A stretch of 62,529 nt of DNA, filler included. It is 9 parts of 9 records of this genome, joined end to end, with 100 filler letters (N's around TTAATTAATTAA, not from the genome) between each part and the next. Parts side by side here need not be neighbours in the genome. Positions count along the whole stretch, not along the records: positions 5,122 to 15,669 come from SRR31147125_129765; positions 15,770 to 20,899 come from SRR31147125_129880; positions 21,000 to 30,777 come from SRR31147125_130014; 6 more parts are not named here. The stretch is one strand, 5' to 3'. This document shows positions 11,460-21,724 of this stretch, one piece after another; the stretch's first letter is position 1, and the number at the start of each line of letters is the position of its first letter. The translations under genes were made by a program, and so were the position numbers. A model generated the notes under the pieces. It saw nothing but the letters and a program-made list of their open reading frames with translations, was not told the DNA's origin and made no database searches.

Positions 11460-11741
11460 ATGATAGAGTTTACAATAGTTAACGGAAAAAGTCATGCGAA
11501 GGTTACGCTGTTCGCGCTCAGCACGTGCGGTTGGTGCAAGCGCACCAAGAAATACCTCGAAGACGCGGGTGTTGCGTATTCGTATATAGATGTTGACAAG
11601 CTGCACGGTGATGAACGCAAAGAAGCGCTCGAAATGATGAGGAAGCACGACCCGACAGAATCGTTTCCGACAATCGTTATCGGCGACGATTGCGTGGTCG
11701 GTTTCGATAAGCGCAAGCTTGACAAGTTGCTGGGAGCGTAA
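11460..11741 (+). CDS. Glutaredoxin/NrdH-like redoxin
   Basis: LSTCGWC active site, SFPTIVI cis-Pro motif, VVGFD. Confidence 0.85.
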   Translation: MIEFTIVNGKSHAKVTLFALSTCGWCKRTKKYLEDAGVAYSYIDVDKLHGDERKEALEMMRKHDPTESFPTIVIGDDCVVGFDKRKLDKLLGA

Positions 11742-11743
11742 GT

Positions 11744-12235
11744 TTGGCGATCAGAGAGCAAATAAAGGCGCGTGGGGAAAAGCTGAAAATGGACGCGGAG
11801 GCAGGCGGATATATGCTCAATGCGGACGACGAGTTCGTTGAGATGCTGACGGAGGGTATGCTGGATAATCAAGCGCGCTATGGTATGGAAAGCTGCCCGT
11901 GCAGGCTTTTTGAAGGCGATGAGCAGGACAACCTGGACATCGTATGCCCATGCGTCTATCGCGACGACGATCTTGCGGAATACGGTGCGTGCTTCTGTGC
12001 GCTATACGTGGCGAGTGAGGAAGATTCATACGTACAAAAGCAGGTTCCCGAGCGTAGGCCGAAGGCAGAAGAGAGGCAAAAGGGGACTAAGCCAGCAGGA
12101 GACGTACCTGAGAAAGCGTTGCCGTATCCGGTGTATCGGTGCAGTGCGTGCGGATACCTTTGCGCCAACACCAACCCGCCAAGGGTCTGCCCAATTTGCA
12201 AAGAGGGGAAGGAGCGATTCGAGCGGTTTATGTAG
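11744..12235 (+). CDS. Ferredoxin-thioredoxin reductase catalytic domain fused to C-terminal rubredoxin
   Basis: CPCR, CPC and CFC motifs; C-terminal CSACG...CPIC. Confidence 0.88.
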   Translation: MAIREQIKARGEKLKMDAEAGGYMLNADDEFVEMLTEGMLDNQARYGMESCPCRLFEGDEQDNLDIVCPCVYRDDDLAEYGACFCALYVASEEDSYVQKQVPERRPKAEERQKGTKPAGDVPEKALPYPVYRCSACGYLCANTNPPRVCPICKEGKERFERFM

Positions 12236-12239
12236 GCGA

Positions 12240-12270
12240 GAAAGCACTTCATGCGAGGTGTTTTTTTGTT
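12240..12270 (+). terminator. Intrinsic terminator after FTR gene
   Basis: AAAGCACTTC...GAGGTGTTTT followed by T-run. Confidence 0.6.
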
Positions 12271-12706
12271 CAGAAACGTATATGGGAGCGTGGGGGAATG
12301 TACTGTATGGCTGAGCCGCATTGTTCATAAATCGTTCAAAGGATGTCTATTATTCTGACAAGTTTGTTTGTTAAAATAGATACAAGATAATCCTTTACCA
12401 ATAACCTACTACTCCCCGATTGAATGGTTTTTGTTTCACCCCCCCATTCACCGAAACCGATAAGCCAATAGCAGGGGAACCAAGCAAAAGCATCTGAAAA
12501 AGGTGCTTTTTGCTTTTCGGGGTTCGCGTTAATGGAATGTCGGTTGGAGGGTGAATATAGGACACAATCTAAATATTTAGATGTCACTGCTCCAGTAAAT
12601 ACAGCAACGGCACCCATTACGGGATGCCGTTGCTGTATCAGTGGGAAGTGTGTTTATACCATCCTAAAATATCAAGATGGATATATGAAACTGGTATTCG
12701 GCATTA

Positions 12707-14107
12707 TTAGTCAATTACGCCACCATCGATAGCGTTGAAGGTGAAGGGCTGAGCTGTTTGATTGACAAATGTGATACCCTCCACAACGGGGGGTTCTTTA
12801 TCAATCGTTTCTGTTCCCGTATAGTTTGAAGTATCGAGCGCGTTTGGATCTTCACAGTCCGACCACATTTCTGAGGGCAATTGAGCCATTAGGTTGTTGT
12901 ACTCCTCGTCCGTCAAATAGTTCCATTCGTATAGCTTCTTATCTCCCGCGAAATAGGCGATGAGTTCGTCTACTTGCACTTGTGTGAATTCAGCCGGTTC
13001 CAGCAGCGTGGTGGGGATGCCGTCCGTCTCTGGCATAACAATGTGTGCGTCGATTTCGACGGTAAGGCTGCCTTCTTCGTTCGTTTCTGTCCAATAATCA
13101 GGGACTTCATACGTACTTGTCGATTTGGAAGATTGTGTTGTGTTATTATCCAATGTACTTTCGGATGATATTTCGTTGGCGGTTGTTTCTTCACTTGCTG
13201 TCGCGTTCAGCGCACTCATATCCATCGCAGCAACTTTGGTTGCATCTGATGTAGATTTAGAGGGCTGGCACGCTGTTGTGAAGCATGTCAACAGTGTCAG
13301 AAGTGCAAGTGCCGTGACTGCCAGCTTGGTTCCAAGTTTCATTTTGCGTTTCATATAAATACCTCGCAGTCTTTTTGTGGCTTCCTTTTTTGCCGCGGCG
13401 CTCATGCCCATTGCGATCTGGAAGCGCTTTGTTTGGTTAGTAAACATAGAGAGCAGCGTCTGGGCGTAGCGGTCGCGTTCGTCGTCTTGCATGGTATTAA
13501 CCACACGAGCGTCGCAAGCTGTTTCCATGTCTTGTTTCATCAGCCGTGTGCCCAGCCATACCGCTGGATTAAACCAATATATTGCACTGAGTACGTTGAT
13601 CAGCAAATACCACAGAAAATCGCGACGCTTGTAGTGCGCGTATTCGTGGAGTATGCAGTGCGTCAGTGTTTCTTCGCGTTGTTCATCGAGTAAAGATGTC
13701 GGGATGATGAGCATTGGTCGCAGCGCAGCGAGCAGCATCGTACTTTCAAACTCGTTGCTGATGCGTACAGCGCAGGGCACTTTAACGTCCATCTGCGCTT
13801 GGCAGCGGCGGAGCAGCGCCAGCGTTCTTGTCGGAATTAGCGCAGTGGCACGTTCGTGTATGCGGCGCCGAAGCCGTGCGTATGAAAGCCCCATGAAACC
13901 CAGCGTAACAAGTATGCCTGCAAGCCATATTGCGATCAATATGTCGGATAGCGTAGGCGTAAAGCGCGGTACGGATACAGCTGCGGATGAGTTATCTTCA
14001 ACGGTTTGGGTAGCTGTGCTTTGCTGCGTTGCTACCGCGTCGATATTGTTAGAATCAAAAGGGAGTAAACGGAGAGTTCCAGCAGCGTTGAAAGAATATT
14101 CATGCAT
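12707..14107 (-). CDS. BlaR1/MecR1-like M56 metallopeptidase sensor with C-terminal extracellular domain, possibly degenerate
   Basis: HEYAH zinc motif, YWFNPAVW, DMETACD; lipoprotein-like FTTAC segment; overlaps the BlaI-like gene. Confidence 0.8.
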   Translation of the reverse strand: MHEYSFNAAGTLRLLPFDSNNIDAVATQQSTATQTVEDNSSAAVSVPRFTPTLSDILIAIWLAGILVTLGFMGLSYARLRRRIHERATALIPTRTLALLRRCQAQMDVKVPCAVRISNEFESTMLLAALRPMLIIPTSLLDEQREETLTHCILHEYAHYKRRDFLWYLLINVLSAIYWFNPAVWLGTRLMKQDMETACDARVVNTMQDDERDRYAQTLLSMFTNQTKRFQIAMGMSAAAKKEATKRLRGIYMKRKMKLGTKLAVTALALLTLLTCFTTACQPSKSTSDATKVAAMDMSALNATASEETTANEISSESTLDNNTTQSSKSTSTYEVPDYWTETNEEGSLTVEIDAHIVMPETDGIPTTLLEPAEFTQVQVDELIAYFAGDKKLYEWNYLTDEEYNNLMAQLPSEMWSDCEDPNALDTSNYTGTETIDKEPPVVEGITFVNQTAQPFTFNAIDGGVID

Positions 14108-14480
14108 CGTCTCCTTTGCGGATCAATTCATCAAGTAGTGCTTTGAGTTCCTCGCTGTCTCCTTTTGAAAGCTTGCTGTTCTGTATCATGCACACGAGAA
14201 ACTCCTTCGCGGTGCTGTTTTGAATCTTTTGCAGCAGCTCGCGACTTTCGGTATGTGTGCATTCGCTCTTGGTTGTGATGGGAAAATACTGCTTGTCGCG
14301 CCGCTCTACTGTAAAGCCGATGTGGCCTTTTTCGTGCAGCTTGCGCAGGTATGATGAGTACGTATTGTAGTTCCAAGCCACGCGGTTGCCCATGCGCTCA
14401 ATGATCTCAGAAAGATAAAGCGGCGACTTTTCCCACAGCACGGACATCACAGCCCATTCGGGTTTTGTTAACGTTTTCAT
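14100..14480 (-). CDS. BlaI/MecI/CopY family transcriptional repressor
   Basis: LTKPEWAVMSVLW, W..NT...L..L..KG winged helix; GAGGTG RBS; coupled to M56 gene. Confidence 0.88.
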   Translation of the reverse strand: MKTLTKPEWAVMSVLWEKSPLYLSEIIERMGNRVAWNYNTYSSYLRKLHEKGHIGFTVERRDKQYFPITTKSECTHTESRELLQKIQNSTAKEFLVCMIQNSKLSKGDSEELKALLDELIRKGDDA

Positions 14481-14497
14481 TGCAGCACCTCGTTCGT

Positions 14498-14559
14498 TTA
14501 ATAATTGTTAATGCAAATCTTATATTTGTAAGTAAAAATATAGAATTTAAATATGTCAA
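14498..14559 (-). promoter_or_regulatory. SigA-type promoter with BlaI/CopY-like operator boxes
   Basis: Minus strand TTGACA (14559-14554), 17 nt, TTTACT; overlapping CTTACAAATATAAG (14519-14532) and TTAACAATTATAA (about 14498-14510) resemble TACA-N2-TGTA. Confidence 0.55.
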
Positions 14560-14858
14560 GAATAAATTTTAGAAATTAAAAAAGAAAAGCACATTTTTGT
14601 GCAGAACTGATAGGATGGCTCACACATGTTGTAAGCTGCATAAAGCTAAAGAGTTTATTGATCTTTGTTTATGCACCAAATTTATGTATGTTCTATATAC
14701 TATAACGTGTATGTTAGGTGTCACGTTATTGGTTACTCGTATAAGGGGATATGCAATCTATGTGAGTATAAGCATTGTTTCGGACAGTTGATTATTCACT
14801 GATTGAATATGTAATGAATACCGTATCGTGCAAATTACAAAAACAAAGGAGAATAACA

Positions 14859-15621
14859 TGTCAGATTTAAGAGACGAAAAGAAAATGCCTAGCGAAAAAA
14901 AGAAAAAAGCGCCGGATATGGATTACAATCAAATAATGACAGAATTAAAGTCAGAAATAGAAGCAGAATTGGAACTCGAAGTAGATAAGCAATACAACAA
15001 ACAAATCAATTATAACTTTCTGAGTCAAAAGCAATGTCAGGGACAGGCAGATGTTGACACAGATGTTGACACAGATGTTGATGATGGGCGTAAGGGTTGC
15101 TAACGAATAGCGGGGTTTCCCCGCTACATAAGATAAAGGATCCTGAAATACGGGAGAAAATGGGGGTACAGAACATGCAAAAAAAGGGTATTGCAAACAG
15201 GGGTACTGTAAAGAGGAGTACTCCAAACAGGGGAAAAGTCAGTGTTGATAAAGATTTTCAATTAAACAGACAAGACTTAGATCAAGAACAGAAAGTAGAC
15301 GTAAAGCCGGTACAGACACAAAATCTTCATATCTCATTAAAGAATTTAAATGATTTTTCAGCAAAGATTACGGGCAGCACCGTGTTGAAAAGAAACAAAC
15401 AGATCGTGGACGGTGTGAACATCTATTTGTATTTTGGGCACAGGTGCAAGGAGCCTGTATATAAAACTTGTTCTGATATGAATGGGAATTTCAGTATGGA
15501 TAATCTGCCGCCCGGATACTACACGATATATGCACAGTACAGCAATGGCTTTGGCTATGAATCTCCTTCTATTAAGGTGTTGCCTCTGCAGCATGTCGAG
15601 CATACCATAAGTTTGTCGTAA
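14859..15621 (+). CDS. Hypothetical protein with C-terminal carboxypeptidase-regulatory-like beta-sandwich; probably one gene split at about 15095
   Basis: AAAGGAG RBS before ATG 14859; adding one G to GGG joins ORFs 14828-15103 and 15097-15621; SDMNGNFSMDNLPPGYYTI motif. Confidence 0.5.
15048..15081 (+). repeat. 12-bp tandem repeat CAGATGTTGACA, about 2.8 copies (DVDT peptide)
   Basis: Read directly from sequence. Confidence 0.85.
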
Positions 15622-15769
15622 GGATTATAGCGCTATCCTGCTTGAGCGTGTGAAATACGGCGCACTGGCNNNNNNNNNNNNNNNNNNNNNNNNNNNNNNN
15701 NNNNNNNNNNNNNTTAATTAATTAANNNNNNNNNNNNNNNNNNNNNNNNNNNNNNNNNNNNNNNNNNNN

Positions 15770-16216
15770 CCGCTCTTTGCCCCACGGGCCAACTGTGGCC
15801 CCGGCAAAGCTTCCTTTCAGAGTGATCTCTTTCGTGATCCCTTTGATCGTGAGGTCGCCGACGACGGTAATATCATCGCCACTTCCCATCACCTTTTTGC
15901 TGATAAAGGTGATTTTCGGATGCTTGGCCACATCAAAAAAATCCGGGCTTTTGAGATGATCATCACGTTTCTTGTTGCGGGTGTCGATGGATGCAGCCTG
16001 AATTGTTGCGTTGGCAGATGACAGGGTTTTGCCCACTGTGTCGATGTTTACCTCTCCGGTGAAGTCAGTAAAGTTGCCCCTGACTTTGAAGACCATCAGG
16101 TGGGGAATACTGAAATGAATCTGGGAATGGGGAACATCGAGAGCGTAGGTTGCAGAAAAAACACTGGATGCCATCAATAGGATTGCCGATGTAAGAAGCA
16201 GAGTTTTCTTTATCAT
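15770..16216 (-). CDS. YceI family periplasmic protein, 3'-partial
   Basis: Signal peptide; HSQIHFSIPHL, SIDTRNKKRDDHLKSPDFFD, GDLTIKG. Confidence 0.88.
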
Positions 16217-16397
16217 AACGGTCTCCTTTGCGTGAATGAAGCCAATTGTTACTATTTTAGTAATAATTGTGCTGTGGCGCAAGTGACGGCTGCTCTTAAG
16301 TGGAGATCCGGCTCTGTTTTCAAGTGTGAAGTTGTCATCCTTCAATGATCTGCGAGTGTGTTATAGTGACCGGAATTGAGTTTAGACTGCCCCGTGA

Positions 16398-17606
16398 ATG
16401 AATGCTATGAGACGCTTCATCTACCCCTTCCTGTTGCCGAACGGCCTGCTTTTCGTGGGAGTTCTGTTCCTGCTTGCGCAGGAGCAGCTGCCGTTGGAAA
16501 TAGACACGGTCCTGCAGATCGTTCCTTATGCTGTTGTGCTGATCGGATTTTTGATCGGCTGGCGCTTTAATCGAACACGTTTGATCTTTGCCATAGGGCT
16601 TTTACTTCTGGCTGACTTAATTCCGAGAGTGTTCACCCCCGGGATGCCGGTTCCTCTTGTCGTCGAAGCCGTCGCCTTTTGTCTGCCGCTCAACCTGCTT
16701 ATCATCTCCTGGTTCCGGGAGCGGGGCCTGCTGAATCTAAACTGTGCGTTATGGCTCCTGTTTCTGGCTCTGGAAATCTCCACTCTTGGTGGGTTGATCT
16801 ACTTGCGACCAGAGTTGCTCGATCGGTTTCTGATGGCTTCTCTGGCGTCTCTGCCCGGTTTGCAGGGTCTGGCGCTATCGCAGCCGGCACTTCTGGCCAA
16901 TGGGATTGTCCTGATCCTTTTTGCCGTGCGTGCTTTGCGTCATGCATCTGCATTTGAGGCAGGTTTCTTTTGGGCTCACGCGGTCATCCTAACCGGTTTC
17001 CTTGAATTTGGACATCAGCCGTTCCGCCTGGTTTTGACCGGCGCCGGCGTGATTCTGATTATGGGGCTGATGGAATCGTCCCATTCACTGGCCTATCGGG
17101 ATGAATTGACTGGTCTTCCGGGGCGACGAGCTTTGAACGAGGCCTTGGACAAGTTGGGGAGTCGGTACACTCTGGCCATGCTGGATATCGATCATTTCAA
17201 AAAATTCAATGACACGCATGGGCATGATGTCGGAGATCAGGTGTTGAGGATGGTCGCAGGTCGGCTGGCTTCAGTTCGCGGAGGGGGAAAAGTTTTCCGT
17301 TTTGGAGGAGAAGAGTTTGCCGTGGTGATTCCGCGTAGGGCGGTCCAGGATGTTCTGCCCTACCTCGAGAGGCTCCGTCAGGTCATTGAACGCGCACGCT
17401 TCATTCCGCGCGGCAAGGACCGGCCGAAGAAGAAGCCGAAAAAGCGCAGCCCCGGGACAAAACGGCACAAGACGCTGAAGGTGACCATCAGCATCGGCGC
17501 AGCTGAGCGGAGCAAAGATCTGGCGACTCCGGGTGATGTTATCAAGGCTGCTGATGTTGCTCTTTATAGAGCGAAAAAAGAAGGAAGGAATCGGGTCTGC
17601 TATTGA
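16398..17606 (+). CDS. Membrane-bound diguanylate cyclase (GGDEF domain)
   Basis: Multiple TMs; DELTGL, DIDHFKKFNDTHGHDVGD, RFGGEEF, ADVALYRAK. Confidence 0.9.
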   Translation: MNAMRRFIYPFLLPNGLLFVGVLFLLAQEQLPLEIDTVLQIVPYAVVLIGFLIGWRFNRTRLIFAIGLLLLADLIPRVFTPGMPVPLVVEAVAFCLPLNLLIISWFRERGLLNLNCALWLLFLALEISTLGGLIYLRPELLDRFLMASLASLPGLQGLALSQPALLANGIVLILFAVRALRHASAFEAGFFWAHAVILTGFLEFGHQPFRLVLTGAGVILIMGLMESSHSLAYRDELTGLPGRRALNEALDKLGSRYTLAMLDIDHFKKFNDTHGHDVGDQVLRMVAGRLASVRGGGKVFRFGGEEFAVVIPRRAVQDVLPYLERLRQVIERARFIPRGKDRPKKKPKKRSPGTKRHKTLKVTISIGAAERSKDLATPGDVIKAADVALYRAKKEGRNRVCY

Positions 17607-17622
17607 TGTCAGAGAGCGTTTT

Positions 17623-18066
17623 TTAGCGCAGTCCGACGGTTGTGAACAATTTTCCGAGAGCGCGGTTGACCGGGTGGTTGCGCTTCAGGCTTTTGATGAT
17701 GGCGGGTTTGCGCAGACCGAGCTTTTTCAGTTCGTCGATAATTCGTGGGTTCGGGCCAGTTCTCAACCCCTGGCGGAATGCGTCTATCGCTTTTCCTTTC
17801 TCACCGGCCAGCATGAGAACGCGCCCCAAAATCAGAAAATGGAGGGAGTTGTCCGGTTCCCGTTTGATCGATTCGCGACACAATTTCGCAGCAGCGTGAA
17901 GTCGACCCTGACCTTTGGCGAGACAATATGCAAGGTAGCTTCTGACTTCGGGTGTTTTGCGGTGTTCTGAGACTTGCCCTAAAAAAACTTGAGCAGAATG
18001 AATATAGCCCTTTTCAGCGGCTTCAATTCCTTTGGCGAGCAGTTCGTCTATCTGGTCTGGACTCAT
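17623..18066 (-). CDS. Small TPR protein
   Basis: TPR-like helices (LILGRVLMLAGEKGKAIDAFRQGL); AAAGGAG RBS. Confidence 0.7.
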   Translation of the reverse strand: MSPDQIDELLAKGIEAAEKGYIHSAQVFLGQVSEHRKTPEVRSYLAYCLAKGQGRLHAAAKLCRESIKREPDNSLHFLILGRVLMLAGEKGKAIDAFRQGLRTGPNPRIIDELKKLGLRKPAIIKSLKRNHPVNRALGKLFTTVGLR

Positions 18067-18227
18067 ATTTCTCCTTTAGAAATTTTCTATTCAACAACAC
18101 ATTATAGACGATTTTTTATTTTGAGCGTAGTAATCTAATAAAATTCTCTGATGCAGGAACAATCCGGTTTTGACAATCTGGTTTGGACAGGTAGACTGTG
18201 AATTCAGTGATCATCTGGAGGTGAGTT

Positions 18228-18659
18228 ATGAAGACAGTTAAAGACATTCTGAACGATAAGGGGTCGGATGTTATCACTGTTGGCCCTGAAGAGACAGTGT
18301 ATGTTGCCTTGAAGAAGCTGGCGGAGCACAATATCGGGGCCCTGGTTGTCGTCGGTCCGCAGGAGAATGTGGTCGGTATTGTCTCTGAGAGAGATTATGC
18401 GCGGAAGGTGTTTCTCAAAGGGGTGTCTTCTCAGGAAACCCGGGTCAGCGAGATCATGACCAGAGAAGTCTGCTGCGCTTCGCCGGAGCGTTCTGTTGAA
18501 GAATGCCTGGCGCTGATTACTGAAAAGCGTTGTCGCCATCTGCCGGTGATCAATGACTCCAGGCTGGTCGGCATGGTTTCAATCGGCGATCTGGTCAAGG
18601 CCTCTCTTGCTGAGAAGGAATTTCTAATCAGTCAGCTGACGCAGTACATCAAATCATAA
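18228..18659 (+). CDS. CBS domain pair protein
   Basis: IGALVV, GIVSERDY, RHLPV, SIGDLVK; GGAGGT RBS. Confidence 0.9.
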   Translation: MKTVKDILNDKGSDVITVGPEETVYVALKKLAEHNIGALVVVGPQENVVGIVSERDYARKVFLKGVSSQETRVSEIMTREVCCASPERSVEECLALITEKRCRHLPVINDSRLVGMVSIGDLVKASLAEKEFLISQLTQYIKS

Positions 18660-19181
18660 ATCGAGCAGTTCCGGCCAGCGGGCAAGGAGCTCTTTTTCGA
18701 TCTGCGCCGCGACCTGTTCAGCGTTCAGGCCATCGCACTTCAGTTGCAGGTCCGCGGCTTGTTGATAGAGGGGCGTTCGTTCGGAGTAGAGGTCTTCGAA
18801 GGTCTGGTCCCTGGCCATAACTAGGCCGCGCTGGCCCATGTCCTCAATCCTTTTCTTTAGTGATTCAAGGGTGACATCGAGATAGATGATGCATCCGTTT
18901 TGACTTAAGGACGTCAGGCCTTTGTCGGAGTAGATAACCGAGCCTCCCGTTGCGATGACGCAGCGTTCCATATTCAGGGCGAGAACGGCCTCCTCTTCGG
19001 CGTGCCTGAAATAATCAAGACCGTATGTATCGATTGTCTGCTGTAGGCGCCTCCGCTCCCGGGCCTGGATGACCAGGTCTGTGTCGATAAAATCATATCC
19101 GATTCTTTTTGCCAGGATCACTCCAACGGTGCTTTTGCCGGCACCGGGCATACCGATCAGGACGACATTTTCCTGAATCAT
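18654..19181 (-). CDS. aroK: Shikimate kinase
   Basis: LIGMPGAGKSTVG, FIDTD, VIATGGS, ERTPLY. Confidence 0.88.
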   Translation of the reverse strand: MIQENVVLIGMPGAGKSTVGVILAKRIGYDFIDTDLVIQARERRRLQQTIDTYGLDYFRHAEEEAVLALNMERCVIATGGSVIYSDKGLTSLSQNGCIIYLDVTLESLKKRIEDMGQRGLVMARDQTFEDLYSERTPLYQQAADLQLKCDGLNAEQVAAQIEKELLARWPELLDL

Positions 19182-19268
19182 ACAACCTCCACGTCAATTC
19201 TCTCATCGTACTCCGGGGTCCCACGTGATATTATTATAGCTTCACGGCAATGACCAGAGGAGTTGAAA

Positions 19269-19844
19269 ATGAAAGTACTTGCGATTAATGGTAGCGCCCG
19301 GAGGGATGGCAACACAGCGCTGATGATCAAGAAGCTGTTTGAACGTCTTGAGCCCGAAGGGATTGAGACGGAGCTGCTGCAGTTCGGTGGCAGCACCCTG
19401 CGTGGTTGTATGGCCTGTATGAAATGCTTTGAGCTTCAGAATGGAACCTGTGTCATAGCAAACGATCCGCTGAACGGCATTGTTGAAAAAATGAGAGCGG
19501 CCGATGCCATTGTTCTTGGCTCGCCGACGTATTTTACCGATGTGACCGCCGAGATGAAGGCGCTGATTGATCGCAGCGGCATGGTCGCTCGTGCCAATGG
19601 AAACCTTTTTCGTCGAAAAGTGGGGGCTGGGGTGGTCGCTGTGCGTCGTGGAGGGGGGCTGCACGCGTTACAGACTTTGCAGAATTTCTTCCTGATCGGT
19701 GAAATGATTATCCCTGGGTCGAATTACTGGAACATCGGATTCGGACGGAATATCGGTGAGGTATCTGAGGACGAAGAGGGGATGCAGACGATGGAGCAGC
19801 TGGGTGAGAATATGGCGTGGCTGCTGAAGAAAATCGCAGAGTAA
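19269..19844 (+). CDS. Iron-sulfur flavoprotein / multimeric flavodoxin family
   Basis: NGSARRDGNT, CMACMKC-x7-C, LGSPTYF. Confidence 0.85.
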   Translation: MKVLAINGSARRDGNTALMIKKLFERLEPEGIETELLQFGGSTLRGCMACMKCFELQNGTCVIANDPLNGIVEKMRAADAIVLGSPTYFTDVTAEMKALIDRSGMVARANGNLFRRKVGAGVVAVRRGGGLHALQTLQNFFLIGEMIIPGSNYWNIGFGRNIGEVSEDEEGMQTMEQLGENMAWLLKKIAE

Positions 19845-19878
19845 TGGTCAAGGCCTCACACATTTTGAATAAAGGATA

Positions 19879-20127
19879 GTGAAGATGAGTGACATGAACA
19901 CGGATGCTGGAATGCCGATCGCCCTGACCCTTGAGCCGGGCGTTTATTATCGTTGTACCTGTGGAAAATCTGGAAGTCTGCCGTTTTGTGACGGGCACCA
20001 TCAGGTGGGTGAAAAAGTTCCGTTACGCTTTGTCGTTAAAGAGCGTGAAAAGGTTTATTTGTGTAGTTGCGGACAAAGTCAGAATCAGCCTCACTGTGAC
20101 GGCTCCTGCGGGGTTGCCTTACCCTGA
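19879..20127 (+). CDS. Tandem CDGSH iron-sulfur domain protein
   Basis: CTCGKS..PFCDGHH and CSCGQS..PHCDGSC. Confidence 0.85.
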   Translation: MKMSDMNTDAGMPIALTLEPGVYYRCTCGKSGSLPFCDGHHQVGEKVPLRFVVKEREKVYLCSCGQSQNQPHCDGSCGVALP

Positions 20128-20257
20128 GCCGCTCCGTTTGGTGTTGCCGAAAAGTTCGGTTGATCGTTTTTTGACTTCTGTTATATCCAATGGTTATGTG
20201 TTATAAATTAGAGCTTCAGGCCGTTTTGAAGACACGCGTAATGAAGGTGGACAAAGA

Positions 20258-20899
20258 TTGATGATGAAAACGATAGTGACTCATCCGGGCAGTGCTCACA
20301 AGGATGATTTTATGGCGACCAGCGTTCTGCTGGCGACCCTTGGTCCCGCTGAAGTCCAGAGGCGGGAGGCGACCGCCGAGGACATTGCCGATCCAGATAC
20401 CTATGTGATCGATGTCGGCATGGTTTACGATCCGCAGCGACATAATTTTGATCATCATCAGGACCGGAGCCTGCCCTGTGCGTTCCATCTGGTGATGGAG
20501 CATCTCGGCTACCACGACTCTGCCAGAATTGTTTTCGGCTGGTACGATCATATGAGCATGATGGATGTTCGGGGCCCTTACCGAACGGCTGAAAAGCTGG
20601 GCGTTGATATCAATGTGCTCTTTGCGGCATCATCTCCGATTGAGGGATATGTCCTTTCCTGTTTTTCCAAGGTCAGCCGCCTGACAGAGCAGGACATGCT
20701 CTATGGGATGATGCAGGAGTTTGGAAATGATCTGATTGCGATGATCAATCAGAAGGCGGAGCGGCTGGAGCTGTTGAAGCGTGAAACAGAGATTGTTCCG
20801 GTCGGCTCCTATAAGGCGCTTGTCAGTCGGATCGGCGATAACCCGAAGTTGTCAATGGAGCTCTATTTACGCTTTCTCGATGATCCTGAAGTCGTCATG
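20258..20899 (+). CDS. MYG1 family protein, 3'-partial
   Basis: THPGSAHKDD, IDVG..YDP, FDHHQ. Confidence 0.8.
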
Positions 20900-20999
20900 N
20901 NNNNNNNNNNNNNNNNNNNNNNNNNNNNNNNNNNNNNNNNNNNTTAATTAATTAANNNNNNNNNNNNNNNNNNNNNNNNNNNNNNNNNNNNNNNNNNNN

Positions 21000-21665
21000 C
21001 AGGTCCACATTCAACCCGTTATTGACGGCCTGTTTGATGGCCCGCAACGCCACCTTGCCTTTGGAGGCCATCTCTTTGGCACTGGCGATCACTTCCCTCA
21101 TCAGATCTTCAGGCGGCAGGACGCAATTGGCGATCCCCAGTCGATGGGCCTCATCTGCGGACAGCATCTTTCCGGTCAACAGCAGCTCCTTGGCCTGTCC
21201 GATGCCGATGATCCTGGGTAAACGCTGGGTGCCCCCATAGCCGGGAATGAGGCCCAGATTGATTTCCGGCTGTCCGAACCGGGCCGACGACGATGCGTAG
21301 ATAAAGTCACACGCCATGGATATTTCAAGTCCTCCGCCAAGGGCGAAACCGTTGACCGCAGCAATGACGGGGATTGGCAGTTCGGCAAGTTTGTTGATGA
21401 CGGTCAACCCTTTGTTGATAAACACTTTGGCCGACAGGGTATCGAGTTTGGCCAGCTCGGTGATATCCGCCCCGGCCACGAAGGCCTTTTCACCTGCACC
21501 GGTGAGTATCAACACGCGGATATCTTCAGTTCCGGCGATCTCGTCCAGGGCCTGATCAAGTTCGCCCAACAGGGCGCTGTTGAGAGCGTTGAGGGCTTTG
21601 GGCCGATTAAAGGTGATGGTCGATATGCCTTCCGTTGTCTCGACTATGATATTGCTGTAACTCAT
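21000..21665 (-). CDS. Enoyl-CoA hydratase/crotonase, 3'-partial
   Basis: NRPKALNAL, AFVAGADI, ALGGGLE, FGQPEINLG; AGGAGG RBS. Confidence 0.9.
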
Positions 21666-21724
21666 TGAATCCTCCTCCTTTTGAACTGTTCTCCAAACAA
21701 ACCTGACGGGAATCTGCTGACACT

